This document shows, one piece after another, positions 58,632-64,000 of a stretch of DNA of 64,000 nt. The position numbers and the translations under genes were made by a program. The notes below the pieces were generated by a model. The model was not told where the DNA came from and made no database searches. It was given only the letters and a program-made list of their open reading frames with translations. Source of the DNA: the human T2T-CHM13v2.0 reference genome, Homo sapiens; assembly GCF_009914755.1 (NCBI RefSeq), contig NC_060934.1. The stretch is one strand, 5' to 3'. Each line of letters starts with the position of its first letter. Position 1 is the first letter of the stretch.

Positions 58632-59834
58632 TTAATTAATTAAGAATTTTAACAATTAAAATAATTCAAAAAATAAAATGAACTGACTCAATAAGTAGTG
58701 AGCTCCCTGTCCTTGGAAAGATGCAAGCAGAGGCCAAATAGCCATGTAACAGAAATGTCACAAAGCAACTATACACCCCAAGACAATGTATAGTTGATCT
58801 CCATCACCTCTAATATTTTTCACAAAGCTAAATTTAACTCCTGTGTGATCCAGTAGAGAGGCGGCACTCTATGAATCCTTCTTGACTACTGGTCAGCAAG
58901 CCTGCCAATAGCTTCACTACATAAGTTTACACCAATTGTTGCACTTCTCAGCCTCAATTTCCCTGGACACAAAAGGAAGTGGTTTGTCAATCTCTTGGGA
59001 TTGTCTAACAAAGTGACTGGCAAATAATAAACAACTAACAGATGTACCCAAGAACTTAAAATGCATACGACGTCTGCCTTTTCCCCTCTCTGCCATTCTG
59101 CATTGCAACTAATCCTGCATCTAATTGATATCTCCATGAAAATTAAACTTGAGGAAGAACCAAGGGCAAATCCAAAACCACACTGAGCCACCCTCTGAAT
59201 TCCATACCTTTGCCAGTTTAATTATCAGTCTATTATTTTTTAAAAGTCCATTCTTCTAACAGCCACTTTCTGGGCACCCACTGTGGGCAGAACACTATGC
59301 AAGACCCTTGGAGAATACAGAGAAGGCTCATGCCCTTCTCTGCCTTCTTGGGTGTGTACCTGCAACTACCACATTGTTTAAAGATAGCTCTGAATTTCCC
59401 CCACCTGGGTAATGTCGAGGGCTTCATTAAAATTTACTAGTGCAGAGCTGTGTTTACAGATTGATTTCATCAAGGAAAACCAAAACACAGAATAATAGAA
59501 TGAGGAGTGAACCAAGACCCAGACGAAAATTTTTAATTTTTAAGGTCTAGGATACCAGTTGTCAAGGTTTACCTCTTCGTAACGGGTCAGAACACAGTGC
59601 TGCGCCTGGCCCAGCCCTTGTCCAAAATCCATTTCACTCACACCTGAATGATATAAAGGGGTCATCCTGAGAATGGTTCTTAGGCAACAGCTTCTCAACA
59701 TCACCAACACTGTGAAGTCTTAGAGGCACTAGATTTCCAAGGGGAAAGGATAAGAAACTGGGGAAGACTCCCAGGCAGCCATATAAAGCCTAAGACTCTT
59801 TATTTACTTACTTTGTATATTAAAAACTGTTTCT

Positions 59835-60256
<422 letters not shown>

Positions 60257-62941
60257 TCAGAGAAGTTGAAACCTTTGGCTCCCATGTTAGACAATGCAAA
60301 TGACCTCTTCAGAATGTAGGAGGCCAAGAGAGAATGACTCAGAAAAGGGAAGCCAGTCATATACTCCAAAGCCAGAGATGAAAGGCTGAGATGAGTGTTT
60401 GCTGTCATGATTCAGCTCTTAAACAGATTCTGACAGCCACATTCAGGTGCCTGTTAACAAGGCTTTTCTTCCTTAAGGAATATCAAAAACAGCCTGCAGA
60501 AACAGTTCATAAGCATACACTGTCAAGATTCTGGACACTTAAACTACCAAGCAGTTTGCCGAGGGCATCACTGCAACGATAAAACATTCAAAAAGCTAAC
60601 ATTTTATTGTCCAGTTCCTGTAGACATACAGCTGAGGAGATTAGGGAGGAAAAGATTGCAGGTTGAAATCCTGTAGCCCAGAGGTCCCAAAACTCTAAGA
60701 TGTTTAAGAATCACCTGGAGTGCTTGATAAATGCAGAACCCCAGGCCCAGCCCCTAAAAAGGTTAACTGTATGAACGCAAAAAAGGCACTGCCCCATAAG
60801 GACTCCATATTTCAGTAAGCACCCCATGCCTTTCAAAGGTAGGTGGTCCCTAGACAACTCTTGAGGAAACGCTGACCTGGTCCAATGGGCTATTTTTATA
60901 AGTAAGAAAAATGAAGCCCAAAGTAGTGCAGTGACTTGCCCAAGTCCAACTTCCTAAGTCCAATAATGGCTCCACAAGGAAGAAAGCTAGAAATAAGAAT
61001 AGATGCCTCACATTATAACCCAAATTGCTGAAGAGCATGGTCAGCCCCTAGCGCAGCAGACAGCAAGCTAGGTCCTTAAACAGAGCCTCTTCCCAATGAA
61101 AGAACCTGCAAAAGAGGTCCCCTGGAAGGAAGACTGATAAGCAAATAGCAATAACTGGATTCAGCAGGGCCCCTGTGTTTCTTGCCACAGAACTCTGTCT
61201 ACACCCCAAACACTGTCACCTGCACTGCCACTTCCTATTCACCTGACTGTGAACACCTGCAGGGCAGGGACTGGGTCCCATCCATCTCTGCATCACCACT
61301 GTCACATAGAAAGTCTTCATGAACTCTTTTATTCCAAGAATGAACGCTGTTACCACCCTCTGCATAGAATGCCTTCCAAGACGCTGGTTCACCTGCTGCA
61401 TTTCCCTTCATCCCAGCTCCAGCTCAGGTGTCACCTCCTCCCACCAGACACAACCAGGTGTTCCTTCCTACCTCTCCCAGAGGACCCTGTACTTACCTGT
61501 TAGTACTTATCACACAGCTTTGTAATCATCTTGTTTACCTATGAGACAACTCCTTGAGAGCAATGATTTTGTCTTTGAAACCTCAGCCCCTAGCTCAGCT
61601 TGCCATGCAGAAGTTGCTCAACAAATGTTTAGAAGGTGTTCAATAAACTGAGGGAGGCAGGAAGAATGAAAGGGAGAAACTAATCTAAAATATCTCACTA
61701 CAGACTCAAAACCCTACAAAGTTGTAGATGTGCTCTGCTGGGGTAAAGAAATACTTTAGTATTTCCTCTGCTCAAATCTGAAAAGTCAAGTCACCTTCTC
61801 TCCAGAGCCACCATGATCAGAGAGTTGTATTGGCAGCACTTGGAAAGGTCCTCCCCTGTGAATACCCCAACACACCTGTGATCCACCCTCAACACATTCC
61901 TTCAACTCCCTCCTCCCAGCTTAGCCAGAGCTTCCCGAGCCTCAGACCTTCCCACAGGTCTGTACTGAGAACCCAGCACTTATCTCTGCCCACCCTGTAC
62001 ATGTTACCTGCCCTGGGGCATCTGTGGAGGACATCGGTCCCCATACAATACTCCCTGGTGCACAGGCCAGGCAAAGCACCAAGGGAGGTTCTCCAAACAT
62101 CCAGAGCTAGAGAGGGGCTTTTCAGGCAAAGACGGTTTCTCTTTGAGAAGTCAAAGCCAGACTTTTGCCCTCAGCCTGCTCTGCCATGCTCTGCCACATC
62201 CCCGCACTCTAGGCAACTACCAGCTCGCAGCCAGGTAGAGCAGCACTAAACTTCCAACTCAGAGGTGCCAACTCTGTGGTTTACACCTGCTACTCCTTCA
62301 CCTTTGCAAGGCCTTGTGCAGCTGGCCAGGCTCCCTCTGCCCACCAAACTGCGAGCCAGAGCCCCATTTCACATGTGCAGAAACTGCCCTAAAAGGCTAA
62401 GCGACTTGCTGGAGGTCACACAGCTCAAAAGCAGCAGAACTGGGGCTCACAGCAAGGTGTGCAGACTTTCCACTCATTGCTGCCACAGTGGCCACATGTA
62501 TCAGTCGTCTCCTGGACCCAGTACGGTTTTCTCACCGTCTTAACTGGGGCCTTCCATTTTCAAAGCCAACAGCCCTTGAAACCTTTTTGAGAGATTTCCC
62601 TATTTGCATTTTAGCTGCTATATAACAAACCAGATTTCCTGATTCTTTCTTGTGTTTATTATGTTCAGGATATTTTTTCCTAATGCTCTGAGAATTATTC
62701 CCATAGGAAACATTCAGCTCATTTGGAACTCTTTTGACACTAAAACCTCTTTCCCTGAGAACCTGCCTTCAGGGGCAAAACAAGGCTGGTGGCTGCTGAT
62801 AAGCCACAGCGTGGCATGGAGAAGCAGCACGGACTTTCAACGAGGCAGCCCCCGTCCCGGGTCCACCCCCGAAGACGAGCTGTGCAATCCACCACAGTCA
62901 ACTTCAACTTCCCAGGTCTCAGTTTCCCCACCACACAATAT

Positions 62942-63064
62942 AAATAATAAAACCTAACTTAAGGGATTGTTGTTAGGATTTAAGATAACATGCACAGGGG
63001 CCAACATGTGCATTGTGTGACCTTAAATCCTAACAACGACCTCTTAAGTTACGTTTTATTATTT
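62942..63064. repeat. MIR-derived fold-back hairpin, arms about 55 bp, 10-nt loop
   Basis: aaataataaaacctaacttaagggattgttgttaggatttaag..tgcaca [ggggccaaca] tgtgca..cttaaatcctaacaacgacctcttaagttacgttttattattt. Confidence 0.9.
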
Positions 63065-64000
63065 TAACTCTCTCCCCGAATAGGAACTGATATTATTTCA
63101 ATTACTTTCAGGCAAAGTCAACTTGGAGGGGAAAACACAGTATATGTATTTTTCTCATGCCCTGAGATTTCGTCCCATAAGAAATACTCAGGAAAGCCTC
63201 CTGCCACAAATAAATGCAGTCATGGAGGAGAAATCAGAAATGAAGGGGGCAGCTTGGACACCTTAGGAAGGCAAAAGGGGATGGTTACTCTCTTGGGGCT
63301 AAAAAGGCCTCTCAAATGCCCCAGGTTCCCTCAGTCCCAACCCCCACAACCTACAAGGCCTGTTATCTAAGACAAGCCACTAACCCTCACTGAGCCTCAC
63401 TTCCTCATCTGCACGACACAGATAACCTCACCAACAACCCCCAGCTGTCCAGGATGGTGGAAGGAAGGGTTTCTCCAAGGGTGGCCTGCACACCCCCTGC
63501 ACCTCAGGCCCTGCTGGGAACCTTCCCGGCCTCTGGTTCCTGCTCCTTCCTTCCTGACAGAGCCTCCACTCTGTTCAGGTACCCACCCCACCTCCAGATG
63601 GCTCAGGAAATGGGATCCCCTTTCAGTCAACAGTGATTGACTCAGGGAAGACATGTAACCCAACTCCAGCCAAGAGGGCATGATGAGAAGAGAGCTGGTG
63701 GTGCCTCCAAAAGCTTCCTGACTCCTGAGAAGAAGCACCAGAATCCATTTATACCCTTCTTTCCAAGAATGTTGTGTCTGAGATGCTTGGAAATGCTGTG
63801 GCTGTCTCATTCCCAGCTTGCAAATGAAGATAATGCCAAGGATGACAGAGATGAGAAGAAGCTGGGGTCTTGTTGACATCACCAAGCCACTGAAACAATC
63901 AATCCCAAACCCGCCCAGTGTCTGGATTAAGAATGGCCCCATTGCACAACTCCAGGGGGCATGATTCACATTGCAGTCCACATGAAACCACTCCTGTTTG

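Noticed and set aside
63397-63981. 194-aa minus-strand ORF
   Set aside because: Non-ATG start, no recognisable domain or splice signals, and it ends in a MIR fragment; consistent with chance.

Overview
Primate (most likely human) genomic DNA that looks intronic. It is dense in interspersed repeats: about 26 Alu-family copies, many MIR and L2 fragments, CR1/L3, old L1M, hAT-Charlie MITEs (MER30, MER33, MER58A, MER5A) and an LTR33 end. I find no convincing protein-coding exon, and the supplied ORFs are Alu-derived or chance. One well-formed 112-nt candidate exon lies on the minus strand (32979-33090), which suggests a large minus-strand host gene that I cannot name. The structures ordinary repeats do not explain are: (1) a near-perfect 202-bp inverted repeat in non-TE-looking sequence (46446-47299, 5 mismatches, 450-bp spacer); (2) an older inverted duplication with arms of about 210-235 bp (33833-36370); (3) a 123-nt pre-miRNA-like fold-back made from a MIR (62942-63064); (4) a tailless 5'-half tRNA-Cys(GCA) retrocopy whose target-site duplication overlaps the tRNA truncation point (23684-23758); (5) smaller perfect palindromes and tandem duplications. 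Repeat family names come from recalled consensus sequences. Boundaries of old repeats are approximate.
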